A stretch of 63,119 nucleotides of DNA, filler included, from Pelomyxa schiedti (GCA_020536535.1; 9 parts of 9 records of this genome joined end to end with filler, not necessarily neighbours in it), one strand, 5' to 3'. Shown: positions 42,501 to 56,124, counted from the first letter of the whole stretch. Notes: generated from the letters alone by a model not told the origin. Numbers and translations are program-made.

Positions 42501-45500
42501 GCTGCTTTCGTCTTTCATCTTCCTCTTTTTTTCTTGCCATACTATCAGCAAGGCGCTTTGCTTCTTCGTCAAGGAATTGCCTAACTAAGTTTAAAAGATT
42601 TAGCAGTAATGGTGTGAAACCTCTCAGAGTCGGAGTGGAGGACACCAGCCAGTATGGGGAGTGCGGCAAGTGTGTGTCTCCTCTTATGTGCATCAATTTC
42701 ATCTAGTAGTGACGGACTGGACTTATGAGCCATTTCCTGTTCTCTCTTCTTCCTTTCTTCTATTTGTGCCCACAAATCTACCACTGGAGCTAAATTTCAG
42801 TTAATAATCAAGCAAAGGGTTTCAGGTATGTTACTCGATGCTTCTATTTCAGCCGGTGGTGGTAATATAACAGAAACAGGCCGTGATTTTTTATGAGTTT
42901 TACGCGGTCCTTTGGCTCTCCCTTTGGTGACAAAGACAAGAGTGGTCGGCTTGGTATCTTTTGGTGCTCTAGTTATTCATAGGGAGATAATATTTAGAAT
43001 GACCAGTAGTAGGGGCAGAGTCAGCGGAAACTGGCGAAGGACAGGGTGGTGTGGCTATTACGGGACTTGACGATGTCAATTCCGCGCAGGGGGAAATCTC
43101 TCTTGAAACCTGATCAACTGATACAGGGGTTGAACTTCGACAACTGGAATTTGATGCTGTAGAGCACTTGGCACAAACGAAAACATCCTTTGATGTTTCT
43201 ACATATTTTCCAGACTGAAGGGGCTGCGAACACTGTGAACACTTCTGAGTTCTAGAGATGGTAAAAAAAAGTAGCCCTAGGGAGCACACACATAAAACAC
43301 ACTTGAAAAATGTTGTGCGGGAGGTAAAGCAGGGACGACATGTTGGCTTCTTCTCCAGCTGCTGGTAACTTCCTAATTGAAGTGTCGCATTGCACAGATG
43401 GCATTTGAAACATCTGTACATGCCATTAAATGACTGTAGTATATTGTTGTAGATGGTTTTGCATGGGTGCAATTGATTACCCTTTGTGCCAAATTCCAAG
43501 TGCAACTACTTTCTCAGCAGCATACACAGTCTTATTGCATCCCATACACACCTCACCCATGCGTGGGGGTGGTGAGACTGAAGGGACAAAGTTACTTCAA
43601 TGTGATATTACTTGTTACTGTGAGAGAGACCTGATCTATTCCGAACAGATGCTGGGACAGGTAGTGTTTGCCCAGTGGCATTTTTTTGAGTTGCATCAGG
43701 GATCTGCATCAGAGACTGTGTGTGTGACATGCTTGCAGTTCTTCGCCGAGAAGAAATTTGTCTGGGTGCTGACATACAAGGTGTAAGTTGTGGCTTCGAG
43801 CTTGGAGGTGGGGATGATGCATCAGTTGCAGCTGGGGTTGTAACAATTTTGGGTACTTCCGGATTTAACTGGGATTCTGGGGCAGCTACATTTATTTTGG
43901 CTTCAGTAGGTAAACTCGTGGGCTCCGGCGGTGGTGAGAAGGCTGGAACCAGGTTTTCCATGGGTTTTGCCTCTGGAACTTCTTCTGGTTTCATCTCTGT
44001 TGGGGTGACTGTGATTATCGTCTCAATAGCTTTTGTTATGTCACCACCAGAGGGCTCTACACTTTTTATTGTTATGTCTTCCGAAGTTTCAGCTGAGCTG
44101 TGTTCCTTTGGGTGAGTTATTGACATTGTTGGTTTGATTTCCACTTGTTCAGTAGTTGAAGAAGTATGTGGTGGAAGCAACTTTTCAGTGAGTTGTGGTG
44201 TGGGTTTGGACTCGACTGGTTCTGGTGTCACCTTGAATTCTTCTGGGATTGGCTGCGTAGGGGTCTTGGGATTTGGTGACGAGGGTAAGCTTAGATTTGT
44301 GATTAACTTGCTATCTGCTGGTAAAGTGGGTGTAGGCAATAAAATTTCCACATGTTGTGTTGTTGTGTCCTTTTCTGGAGTCGGTACAGCGGAATCGACT
44401 GAAATGCCAGATTGTTTCCCTTCAAGATGGGACTGGCCTTCAGGTCCCTTTATCACATTCACTGGTTCAATTTTTACGGAACCTTTGTTTGATACTTCGT
44501 TCATAATTTCTGGAGGTGCACTCTTCTTGGCAGTTTGCTCTGTGAGTTCAGGAGTGATGACTTGAATAGGTTTTTGAACAGGAGTTTCAGGCTTACAGGA
44601 CTGGATTGCCTCTGATGGGGTAGATGGTACAGGTGGTGGTGATACTATTTGCGGTACTGCAATGCTATCCAAAGGAGGAGTTCGTGAATCAGTTGATTTA
44701 CATGGTGGAGTATTATTTCTTAGTGCTCTTTTTTGTGCCAGTTTGAGTTCAATTTCGCGAAGTTTGTGTTCAAGTTGCTCGCGTTCTCCTAGTAATACAT
44801 TTCGGCGGAGTGGGGGTGATTTTTGTTGATCAACAGATTCAGGTGTAGTTGACTTATTCGAAACTGCTTCTGTTTGTACATCGGCAGGTGGGGGCACCTC
44901 CATAGGAGTACTTTTAAGTGGTTCAGCATGCTGAACCACTTCTGGCATTTCCTTGCTACGCTCCTGTCCTTGGTGCGAAATGTCACTGAAAGGTAAGGAG
45001 GGCAAAGCTTCATCGACTGCCTTGAGTGGAATGCAGACAGCAAGGGGTAACTGGGGCTTCTCTTCTTTTTGATGTCGTGTTTCAGTTATTTCAGTTGAAG
45101 GTAGTATTGGTAGTTGTGGAGTAGGATCAACTTGCTTCGTAGGTGACAGTGTCGTATCTGCTGGTGGCTCTGGGTGTGGTTGTGGTTGTACTGAATTATT
45201 TCTTTCCAAAGTCTCCACTTGTGGCACTATTTTCTCTGGTTCAGGAAGTTGAGTTTTGAAAGAGGGGTGGTCCTAACAAAGAATAAGTTTGTATTTTTTT
45301 CTAGTGGATGAACTTAAGCTTACACTTTTTACAGCGGGCAATGAATGGGTTCTGTCCTGTGCCTCAACTTTATGTGGTGTGGAGTCTGGTACTTCTGTTT
45401 CCCTGTGATGTAATATTGGAATAACTATGGGATATGGAGATATCACTTTTCGTCAGTGACTTCATTTCGGACTTCTTCAGGAATTTCTATCTTTTTATCT

Positions 45501-46281
45501 TTTTTCATTTGTTGGGAAAGTTTCTTTGTTTCAAAAAGCATACCACCAACAACCACTTGAGAATGGGAAAATCTGCACATCATTGTCCCACGCGGAGATA
45601 GGTACATATTAAATTGAGGCATTTGACCCAAGTTTGTGATCTAGGTCTATCAGTAGAAATTAAATAGAATATATACCACTAACAGTTATCACGTTCTTTG
45701 GACAGGAAAGTTCCTTCAATAAAACACCCCCTAAACGAATGCACATGTTCAATAAGACATGAGAAAGAAAGAAAGAAAAAAAAAAACCCCCCCAAAAAAC
45801 CCGTAGTGTGCACTTCAAGAACCACCACAATTCTTAGTTTGCAATACACACCAGCGAGATTGGAGGGAACAGAGAAAAAATCAATGTCAGCCTTGAGCGC
45901 GGCCTCCACCATCTCCCTCTTCCTATCTACGGTCACCGAGGCGCACCTTATAAGCCCCCCAGACGCGCTCTTCACCAAATTGGAGCTCGTGGGGCTCCTC
46001 TCCGGCCTCCCGTCGCCCGCGCCACCTCCCGTCGTAGTCGCCCTGGGAGGCGGGGCGCTCTGTCTCAAATTGGGCGGCAGCCCCCCCTGCGAGCCCCGCC
46101 CCGCGGACGGCAACTTAATTGCCGCCGCCGCGGGGCCTGCCGCAGCCGCAGCGGCCGGCGCCGGGGACGGGGACGTGGGCGGGGGCTGGGCTTGCTCGTG
46201 GGCCTGGCGCTCGGGGGGCGGGGGCTGCTTGGGGGCCTCCTCCGCTGGAGCTGGAGGAGGCGCGCTGGTCTGCTGCCCCAT
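39529..46281 (-). CDS. Villin/gelsolin-family protein with LIM domains, long Pro/Glu/Thr region and C-terminal headpiece
   Basis: LIM CMGCNKTVYAAEK..WHK|CFKCHLC..CRPC and CSQC..CAKC. Gelsolin motifs YVWLGK, FFDWPG, IMWRGK, LIWVG, QGEESTQF. Headpiece EYLSDADFEQHFGMPRDQWKAMQDWKRVEIKKQMHFL* ending at 39529. Confidence 0.78.
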
Positions 46282-46501
46282 TCGTAGCTTATTTGGTTAC
46301 GTCCCTGAGGCCTCCTCACCAACAAGCCTCACGTCGTTCCGTTGCACAAAAGAAAAAAAATTCGCTTCTGATAAAAGGAAAAAGAGCCCAAAAAAAGATC
46401 TCTTTGACAATGAGAGTTCACTCAACGAAGCAGGTTTATTGGTGGTGCAAACATTGGTTTATTTTTTGTTTTAATTTACAGGATACAAAAAGGGGTGGTT
46501 A

Positions 46502-48105
46502 TCAAGAACAAGAGAGGTTGCTGCCATCAACTAGTTTCCAACAAACAAAATCTGGAGTCATGTGGACCACAACAAATCCAACCTTGTCCATTTGTTCCAA
46601 TACATTTGCAAGAGTTCCAAAAGGTGGCCTTGGGCAGAATGAAGCCAATTTTTGAAGTGATGGTGATAGGGCAAAGGCTTCCACCCCTGGACAGCTGTAC
46701 CCAAATTGTGTTGAAGGCATGCACAGAATCCGGGCTACAGCATAGCCAGAAAGGTCGTCAGTGGGGTGTAATGCACAAATGGGTTGTGAGGGAGTTGTGG
46801 GTGTGAATGTTGTAGTATTGCTTTGAACCGTGTAAGTACTGGGTGAGTTTGGGAGGAGGCTAAAGTGTTTCGTGAGTAATGAAGCCCCTCTTCCTCCACT
46901 TGAGGAGGTAGAGGGTGGCAGTACTATTTGATAGAAGTCCGCTTCTCGCTGTATAAGGCTCTCACTGCATCCAGGTGGAACTTCAAGTAGTCCTGTCCGC
47001 ATATAATCCAATATTGGCTCAAACAATTTCCCATTTCTGTCAATGAATAAAGCCTTTTTAGGCAGTTAGGTTAATGTACAGCGGTATTTGTGGGCCTATC
47101 AGCGGGAAATACCCCAGTTTCGTCTTTGAGGGTTGGGATTCGGCCGCTCATAAGCCCAGTGAAAAAAGATTCTCCTCTAGATACAAGCGTATCCTTTGTA
47201 GTCATATAAATTACACCACCCACATTCAGTCTCACAATAGTGTTGTTTTCACTCTCTGGAGTCCCAGACCGTGATCGGTGTGATGATCGGCCGCAGTGTG
47301 AGTGTTTGTGAATCGATCCGTTCGCGGAAGCAGATTGGGCAGAAAATGGCGAGTGGACACAACAGCAGCAGCACGGCGTAATTGTGGGAGCCGTCCCGTC
47401 ATTTGCCGGATATGGACTTGCGTCGCAGCTTCCGGGACAGTATAATCTGTTGGAATTGGCTGACGGCGAAGATGACACAGACCCTGAGCAGCAGGCGCAC
47501 GAGCACGATGAGCCGTCGGTCGCCGTTCGGCCCATAATGTTGATTCCGCTGGTAGGGGTGCTGTTGCAGGTATTCCTCATAAGGACCGGGGGCCCAGTTG
47601 CCCGCAGAAGCATCGGCGAGTTACTGCCGCTGCCGCTGGAACTTCCTTCCTTAATCGCGGGCGGCACCGTGGATGCACTTATGGGAGCAAGCAGCGAACT
47701 CGCCGTCGATATTACCGGCGAAGAAGACGACAACGACGTAGCCGGCGAGCACTTGCTCCAGCACGCCTGAGGAGGCGGGGAGGTCGACGGTTCGATCCCA
47801 GGCTCGGGCAATGATGTGTTGCCGCCGCTGTGGTTTGTGCTGCTGTTGGTACTGTTCTTGGGTGCCCCGTTGCCAAGCGCGTTCGCGTTAGTGCACGATA
47901 CGTTAGTGTTGGTAGTTGTGGTCGTGGACGTGGTGGTAGTGGCAGTGGCTGTAGTAGTTGTGGGTGAGACGCTGGACCGTGTGTCGACAGTCACGACCGG
48001 GCTGAGGGAGAGGGAAGAAGACGACGATTTCTGGGACACGGCCGAGGATGAGAACGTGCGACGCAACAAGCCCCTCTTGATTGCCGACGGTGATGAGGCC
48101 GACAT
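46502..48105 (-). CDS. KCTD-type BTB/POZ (T1) domain protein with Ser/Thr-rich N-terminus
   Basis: IVRLNVGGVIYMTTKDTL..FFTGLMSG..DETG|..FIDRNGKLFEPILDYMRTG..EADFYQI, with one intron at about 47057-47112. Confidence 0.88.
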
Positions 48106-49272
48106 TTCTTTAGGCGAAATGCACTTTTTCCGACGAAGCTAAGCGTGATGACAGTCGTAAGAGAAAGGAAACCACACAAAAGTGTGCAAACGAAGTGAGC
48201 CACTTTTGTGTGGATAACACTATGTCTGTTCTCTGTTCACCGGAGTCTGCATCCAGGCCCAGTGCCATCAAAACACATCATTTGGGTTACCAAAGGTGAT
48301 CAGCACTGCATGCTGATCGCTGTGCCACCTGTCTCTGGCTGGTTTGTTTCACTTTACCTTTGCCGTGACACATTTTACCAGGACATACCTGAAGAAAAAC
48401 CTATGCACAGTGACTAAATGCATTTGTGGTACAAGCAACAATGGTGAGCTCCTGTACCACTGTAGGAGCGATAGCAAAAATCAGCTTGTGTTGCTGGAGA
48501 ATCAGGTTGGTGTATTGACAACCCTTGGTAAACATCCAAAAGTTCTCAGGCACTGCAGTGGTGCAGCACACAAAATGGATGTGTATCACTGGGTCAAACA
48601 GGTAAACAACAAAAAACTTGAAGTCTTTTCAACTGCTGACTTTCATCACTGATTCCTTGTGCATGTTCGTTTGTGGGGGTGGTGATAAACTGGTGGCCAT
48701 ACTTGGACATACTGAACAGCTGCATACCTGTAATGACCCAAAGGGCACGACATTCAACACACTTGTCATAGGCAATGTGTACCAGCTCACCTTGGTTCTG
48801 TACCAGAGTGTACCTTGTTCTTATGACCAGAAGTCTTTCACATTCAACATTCTGTTCCCAACAGATTAACCTGAGAAATGGGGAACACTTGTATGCCCCA
48901 CTTTTTTTGTTGGTGGTGGCATGTTACTGCCCTGGCAACAGTCCACAGTGGGTGCTGGCATTGTTCACTGGAGTGTGCAGCCAGGCCCAGTGCCATCTGC
49001 CTTAACGTTGGGAGGAAGTTTGTGTGTCTGTCATGGTGGTTCAAAAGCGGTCCGCCATGAGCAATTTTGAGACCTGTTGGCATTAATTCATTGAATTGTA
49101 GGCATTGGCTGTAGGTGGTGTGAAACAGACCATGGTACCCATACAGCCTCTACAGAACTTGAGGGACTGGCTTGCCCTGCTGGGTGTTGCTTCAGTGTAA
49201 CACATTGCTAGAAAAGTACAGGACTGAGACCATAATCAAAGGAGTTCTTTTAATTAATAAAAATCATTGGTG

Positions 49273-50661
49273 ATGGTGAGCCAGTGTGTTGTGTGTCACA
49301 TCGCGTCAGTTGGGCAGGCCGTTGCTTTGTGCTGTGGGGTTCTACCCAGATGTGGCCGCTGTTCCGCTGTGCGCTGCATGTCCTCGTCGCTGCTGCGGGA
49401 GATGGCGGACTACATTATGGGACTCGGCGCCCCCGGCTCCCCGCTCTCGCGCCGTCGCCGCCGGCTGTTCTTCACCACCGCGCTGCGCGTGGGCTCCGGC
49501 AGCTACGCGGCCCACGAGGAGCCGTCGCTGGCGACGCTGTGCGTGTCCCCCATCGGCAGCGTGTGCGAGAGCCCGAGGGTCCTCGAGGGCGCGCACGAGG
49601 CCATGGGCCAGCTCGACGACGTGGGCGACGTCGTGCTGCTCAGGGTCACGCAGGCCACGCACTCCGTCGTCTACCGCGACGAGATCGGCTCGGTGCGAAA
49701 GGCGCTACAGGAGCCCAGGAAGAAGCGCACCCGCGTGCGGGCATCCCATAATCGCGGCGGGGAGGCGCCGAGGGAGCCCCCGGAGCTCGCGCGGGGCGGG
49801 AGGTCGGGGTGTGAGTGGCGGTTTAGGGTTGACGCGGGGAATTACGTCATATGCAACTGCAACGAAAGGTGGGTGGTGATTGTGGTTTCCGGTACATTGT
49901 GGGGCAATGAGCATTTCATGCACATTTGGAAAGTTGTAGATACGGTTCCTCAGGAACCCCACGAGATTCTGCCACTGGCTACAAGGTTTGGTGAAGCTCC
50001 TTCACAGTTCCAATTTTCCTCCTATGACTCTACTATCCCTGCTGGTGATGAAATATCAATACTGTCCTGTACACGCTGGGTTCCATCTGCAATGAAAATT
50101 ACCCTGTATATAATAAATTTAGCCAAGCCTTTCAATGAGAAAAATGAAGTGCTAGCAACACCCATCATAGTATGTTTGAGGCCCATTGGAACCAGAGTGA
50201 CCTATCCCGGGGCTGTGTCCTGGCACCAAGGTGGATGTGTCTTCCTTCCAGTGACTACCGAGGACGCTACGCACACTTTAGCCACGAAGCTATATCGAAT
50301 TGTCTCCCCCAAGTCTGCGTCTGTATCATCGTATCCACTTCCCACAGCCAGTTGGATAAGGGCAGCGTCCAACTCCCGATTCATCCTAAGGGATGCAACA
50401 AATGAGGCTATGTATCACATATGCGATATCGACCATCCAGAAAGCATACAAACACAAATTATCACAGTGGAGCCTGGCTGGAGTGCAAGTTTCCATGACT
50501 ACTTTGCACTAATCACAAACCCAGGCCCTACTCCCCTAACTTCCACGGTGAAGCTGCTGGACACAGAAAAAACCAAACACAAACACCTCGTCACTATCAC
50601 ATTGACCCATCCACCAGGCTCACACCCCACAGTCACATTCAACCCCAGAACCTCTCTCTGA
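49273..50661 (+). CDS. Intronless uncharacterised expanded-family protein
   Basis: ORF of about 460 aa with N-terminal QAVALCC..PRCG..SSLLREM motif, GC-rich 5' half and beta-rich C-terminus (VKLLDTE..LVTITL). Confidence 0.7.
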   Translation: MVSQCVVCHIASVGQAVALCCGVLPRCGRCSAVRCMSSSLLREMADYIMGLGAPGSPLSRRRRRLFFTTALRVGSGSYAAHEEPSLATLCVSPIGSVCESPRVLEGAHEAMGQLDDVGDVVLLRVTQATHSVVYRDEIGSVRKALQEPRKKRTRVRASHNRGGEAPREPPELARGGRSGCEWRFRVDAGNYVICNCNERWVVIVVSGTLWGNEHFMHIWKVVDTVPQEPHEILPLATRFGEAPSQFQFSSYDSTIPAGDEISILSCTRWVPSAMKITLYIINLAKPFNEKNEVLATPIIVCLRPIGTRVTYPGAVSWHQGGCVFLPVTTEDATHTLATKLYRIVSPKSASVSSYPLPTASWIRAASNSRFILRDATNEAMYHICDIDHPESIQTQIITVEPGWSASFHDYFALITNPGPTPLTSTVKLLDTEKTKHKHLVTITLTHPPGSHPTVTFNPRTSL

Positions 50662-50952
50662 GCTGAGTGCAATTTCTTCAAATCCCAAACCGGGTGTATA
50701 TTGCCTTCAAAATGCTGGCTACACTACTTGGAGCAACAAGCATAAAGAACACCCAGCCCGACAAAAGTAAATCAAATCCGTGGAATTACGAACCTTCTGT
50801 GTCTGTGCCCAATTCCCTTTTTCGTCCAAAATCAAGAGAAGAAAAATTAAAAACCATCGGCTTCAGAAGCTGCGGCTGTTGCGTGGCCAACCGAGCGAGA
50901 TCTTCCCCTTTTTGCTTCATATTTTTCCTTCGTTTCGGGGAGGAGCCAAGCC

Positions 50953-53900
50953 ATGCAAGGCGATACCGACGACTCGTCGCCGCCGCGTACGTACGCGTGT
51001 ACTTCGTCGTCTTCGCCGCGTCGTAGATCGCGAGGAGGAGGAGGAGAAGGAGGCCGCGTCGCCGCCGCCCGCGTCGTCGAAAAACATCAAAATCAACCGC
51101 AGCCGCCGACGCCGCCGTCCGACGTAGACGAGAGATTCCCGCCCGAGGAGCCCATTTTCGAAAGCAGGCCGACGCAGCCGCCGCCAAAGCGCCCCCGAAT
51201 TGACCAAGATATCGGCCCCGCACCTGCACCTGCACCTGCAAATGCAACTGCAACTGCAACTTCGTCTCTCGATAAGGCCCGTAATTCGAGCTCTTGCGGT
51301 GGGAATGAGTGCAGCGCTGCATCGTGTTGTGACGCCAACAATCAGCAGATTCGGTGTGTGGTGACTGCCATATCTGGCAGTTCTCGCAATTCGGAGAATC
51401 CTGTGGAGCAGGGCACGGGGTGTTGCAGCTCGACTGATGCGGCTTCTAATTTTTTCAAGTATCCTTTGATCCTCTTCAACTCTCAACTTTACTTATTGAA
51501 CAGACAATGTCAAATGAGAATCAACCAACTTATATGTTATTTGCAGGCCAATCGATTCTGCAACTGAGCTTGGCAAAGAGCAAAAACAGAATACAGAGCT
51601 TGCTCGTGATCAAGTTGGCACTCTGGATAGAAAACAACTGACGGGAAACCAGCAGCCAGAGCTCCAACATGGAGCTAGCACTGACCCAGTGGGTCAACCG
51701 TCCAATTCAGCTGTGGAACCTCCTAAGTCCACTGAAAACGCTTGCAGCATGCATACAACCGCAGAGGAAAGAACTGTAATCGCTACGTCGTCCTCAACTA
51801 GCTCCACCAACTCACTTGCGAACATTTCGTCATCCCCTTCCGTAACCACAGAGTGTGGTACGCAGCTTCCTCTTAGTTCCACTGATAGTCAATATTCTTT
51901 CACACCCTCAATTTTGTCACCTGAACTTCTTGTCAAGACCAGAGCCTTGTGCAGTGAACCCACAATCACCCGTTCATCCTCTGAGCCAATTACATCCCCA
52001 CAGAGACCTTTCGAACCCAGTGAAATAGTAGCCCCGCTTGCCCCTAGTACACAACCTAACTCTGCCGCAACCAACCATACAACTAACTCTTCTATCTCTA
52101 AAGGAGCCACTCAAACATCTCCCTTTTCAAAGAAGCTTTTTGCTCAAGCTGTTGTGGTTGGCAGCCCCATTCGTGTAAAGGAGGACTGCCGCGCCAAGTC
52201 ATCTACCACCGTCATATCTTTCAAGAAACCCACACCACAGGAATGTCGTTCATTCCCCAATATCGTACCTTCTGTCAACAGTAATATGGGCTCCCCAGTG
52301 TCTGTGGTTCCACCTCCCGCACTTCAGGCACCTTACATGGAAAGTGCATCTCAAGTATCACCAATAAATGACTTGCCTCCAAGTAATTATTCCGCACAGC
52401 AAGTGAAGATACTCAGTCAAACACCTAATCAGGGAACTTCAAAGAAAACATTTTCTGCTCCAGTTCCACCCCCCACATCAACCCCTCAGAAGATTTTACA
52501 AGGGAGCTTTGGTGATGACATTTCTCCTACATACATTTCTCCAGTCCCTCCACCAGTGTTATTACCCTTTGGGGAAGGGAGTATTTGCACTGAAGATAGA
52601 TTGGAACCCCGCAGACAGAATGCAGATCACAAAAAAAAGAGGAATGAAACCAGTGCCTACAGTAATCATAAAAGGAAAGGTCAAAAAGACGAAGAGTACG
52701 AGTATAGAAATGAGTCTGAATCGGAAGAAGAATGTGACAATAGTACAGACTGGGAGGCTGATAGTGAAGTCAGTTTTCGCAAACAAAAAAGAAACAAACG
52801 TAAGAACAAATTTGAAACGCGAGGAAGGAAGCCTAAGAACAAAGTTGGGAGGCCACCATTAAGTCAAGCAGAAAAACGTAACAGACTTAAGAAAAAGGAA
52901 CCACTGGGCAGAGGAGGAAAAGTCTCTACTGGAAGAAAGGTTGGGAGGAGCCGTACGGACTGTTCTCAAGTGGATGCTTCCAAGAAACACAAAGGAAAGC
53001 CTGGAAAATCCTCAGAGCCTCAAAATGTGAAACAGAATTCAGTCCTCTTCGTGGAGCCTCTTCAGGATGGTCTTCTGGATAATATCCACTCTCCCTCCCA
53101 TACAACAGTGTCACCGTCTTCGACTCCTTCAGAGCTTCCCCAGAAGCGAGGCAATACTACTATCAATGAAAACGATAACCTTGCAAAGCGCAGAAAGAAG
53201 CAACCGTCTGCCCAGACTGTATGAGGATTATCCATCACCTTCCCTCATAGTAACAAAAAACTACACAAAAAAAAGAAAAAAACAGCTTGCTGATTATGTC
53301 AATGATGAAGAAAACTATCAGAAGTGTTCTCGCATTCTCAATGCTATTTACAAGCACAGAGACGCGCCTGATTTTCGTCACCCAGTAGATGCCGTGGCAC
53401 TTGACATTCCAGATTACCATGACATTATCAAGATGCCAATGGATTTGAGCACAGTTCAAAATAAGCTAGCAAGCAGGGACAGCTACAGAAATTGCCTGGA
53501 ATTTGCATCCGACATGAGGCTTATTTTTGCCAATGCTATGCTGTACAATCCAGTAGGCCATCGGGTTCACCTCGCAGCCGAGAAGTTATTAAAAGTTCTA
53601 GAAGGAAAACTGAAGCGAGTTTTCCCCACTTCTGAATCGGCTAATGTTCCTGACCTGGAAGACTCGAACACTGCCACCCTTCCCACAACTGATGGTGTCC
53701 CTTCCACGTCCACCCCTGCTGTGCAGATACTGCCTTGCACTGATCCACCGGGCCGAGTTGCTGAAGTAACTTCGCATACATCTGCATCACCTAAACATTC
53801 GGCCGACATATCTGCATCACTTAGGCCATCTACAAAGAGCAGGCATCTAGGCCGCTTAATACAGGCTTCGTCGGGAAGGCAAACACCACGATCCTCCAAG

Positions 53901-54575
53901 GAAAACATGTTACTCTTGGCTAAAAGCCATGAGGAACAAATAAACCAAGCACTCCAAGTACACAAACAATTCCACCCCAGGAGAGGAATGTTGCATTCTC
54001 AAAACACCACCGAAGTGGAATCTGAACCAGACCAGAATCTCAAAGATCAACTTGATGACATAAAAGTATCACTCGAGCAGTTCTTGAGGGATGCCCCATC
54101 CACACAGAAGCTGTGTCAAATCGCCGAAATACTTCAGCAGCACCACCCTCACCTTGCGCTCCTTAGTAACCACAATCACAAAGGCCGGCGATACGATGGA
54201 AGTACCTCCATCCAATCTCATTGCACTATCGATCTCAACCTATTTGCACTGCTTGACACACCCACTTTGATCGAAATTCAGACAATCCTGGGTGACCAAC
54301 TGCACAACCAACCACAGCAACAACCACAACAAGAGCGGAAGCAACAGGAACAACAATCCCATACACCCACAGAACCCAACACCCACACCACCACAACAAC
54401 CGACAGCAACTCCAACCAAACAGAAACAGACAGCACCAGCACCAGCCTTGTCATTCCGGCAGCAACCAAAGAGACACAACAAGATAACCATCAAGCAACA
54501 TCAACCCCAAAAGGTGATGGTGATGGTGATGGTGAGGAGGGGGATTCCAAAAAAGCAACCCCAGGCAGCAACTAG
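50953..54575 (+). CDS. Bromodomain protein with AT-hook-like motifs and a probable ET domain (BET/GTE-like)
   Basis: FRHPVDAVALDIPDYHDIIKMPMDLSTV..DMRLIFANAMLYNP bromodomain. RGRKP and GRPP motifs. KLCQIAEIL..IDLNL..TPTLIEI is ET-like. Intron 53219-53286 joins the two ORF-track frames. Confidence 0.85.
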
Positions 54576-55274
54576 CCCAAAACCGTGCTGGCCCCTCTGT
54601 TGTTGTACAAATACTCTTGCAATTAATTTCTACTCTATACAAATACGCCTTGGGTAGAAATACCAACTCACTAAAAGCGTGGTCGTTGTCCTATTGGCCT
54701 GACGGATCAAGTTAAGCAGCAGAGAGAGCTGGTGAGGGGAGAGTAAACAAACATTCGACGAAAACTTCTGTTTCACCGAAGGGAACCCTTTTTGGGAGGG
54801 TGGGCATCTGGCCGGGCAAGTTGTGTTTAGAAAAAGAAAAGAAGAAAAGAAGAAAGATTGGCCAATAGATCGGTTCTATTTATTGTGGTGCTGTGGCAGT
54901 GTTGCCACAATCGCATCTGCGGTGCAGTTCCCTTTGGTGCCGGCAAGTGCTACTGTGATTCCGGCATATGCCGGCATCCGCCAGGTCCTGGTGCGACAGT
55001 ATTACTAGCAGGGGGGCATAGATACAGGAGGGTGGGTGCCGGTTCAGGGAAGCCAATGCAGCGCTGCTGGCAGCTGGTTGGGGGTAGCTGCATGCAGGCA
55101 CAAGCAAAGAAGAAGCTTCTTGCCGTACTCAGCCAGTTGTTCCTGTATGTAGGTGAGCAGAAAGGTAGTAGGCCNNNNNNNNNNNNNNNNNNNNNNNNNN
55201 NNNNNNNNNNNNNNNNNNNNNNNNNNNNNNNNNNNNNNNNNNNNNNNNNNNNNNNNNNNNNNNNNNNNNNNNNN

Positions 55275-56024
55275 TCACACCCTCAATTTTGTCACCTGAA
55301 CTTCTTGTCAAGACCAGAGCCTTGTGCAGTGAACCCACAATCACCCGTTCATCCTCTGAGCCAATTACATCCCCACAGAGACCTTTCGAACCCAGCGAAA
55401 TAGTAGCCCCGCTTGCCCCTAGTACACAACCAAACTCTGCCGCAACCAACCATACAACTAACTCTTCTATCTCTCCAGGAGCCACTCAAACATCTCCCTT
55501 TTCAAAGAAGCTTTTTGCTCAAGCTGTTGTGGTTGGCAGCCCCATTCGTGTAAAGGAGGACTGTCGTGCCAAGTCATCTACCACCGTCATATCTTTCAAG
55601 AAACCCACACCACAGGAATGCCGTTCATTCCCCAATATCGTACCTTCTGTAAACAGTAATATGGGCTCTCCAGTGTCTGTGGTTCCACCTCCCGCACTTC
55701 AAGCACCTTACATGGAAAGTGCATCTCAAGTATCACCAATAAATGACTTGCCTCCAAGTAATTATTCCGCACAGCAAGTGAAGATACTCAGTCAAACACC
55801 TAATCAGGGAACTTCAAAGAAAGCATTTACTGCTCCAGTTCAACCCCCCACATCAAACCCTCAGAAGATTTTACAAGGGAGCTCTGGTGATGACATTTCT
55901 CCCACATACATTTCTCCAGTCCCTCCACCAGTGTTATTACCCTTTGGGGAAGGGAGTATTTGCACTGAAGATAGATTGGAACCCCGCAGACAGAATGCAG
56001 ATCACAAAAAAAAGAGGAATGAAA
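55275..56024 (+). repeat. Second-copy fragment of the bromodomain gene (matches 51900-52649)
   Basis: Near-identical with scattered substitutions; reading frame intact. Confidence 0.9.
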
Positions 56025-56124
56025 NNNNNNNNNNNNNNNNNNNNNNNNNNNNNNNNNNNNNNNNNNNNTTAATTAATTAANNNNNNNNNNNNNNNNNNNN
56101 NNNNNNNNNNNNNNNNNNNNNNNN

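Noticed and set aside
53067-53290. Programmed frameshift between overlapping ORFs 51689-53224 and 53067-54575
   Set aside because: Explained by a canonical GTATGA..CAG intron at 53219-53286.
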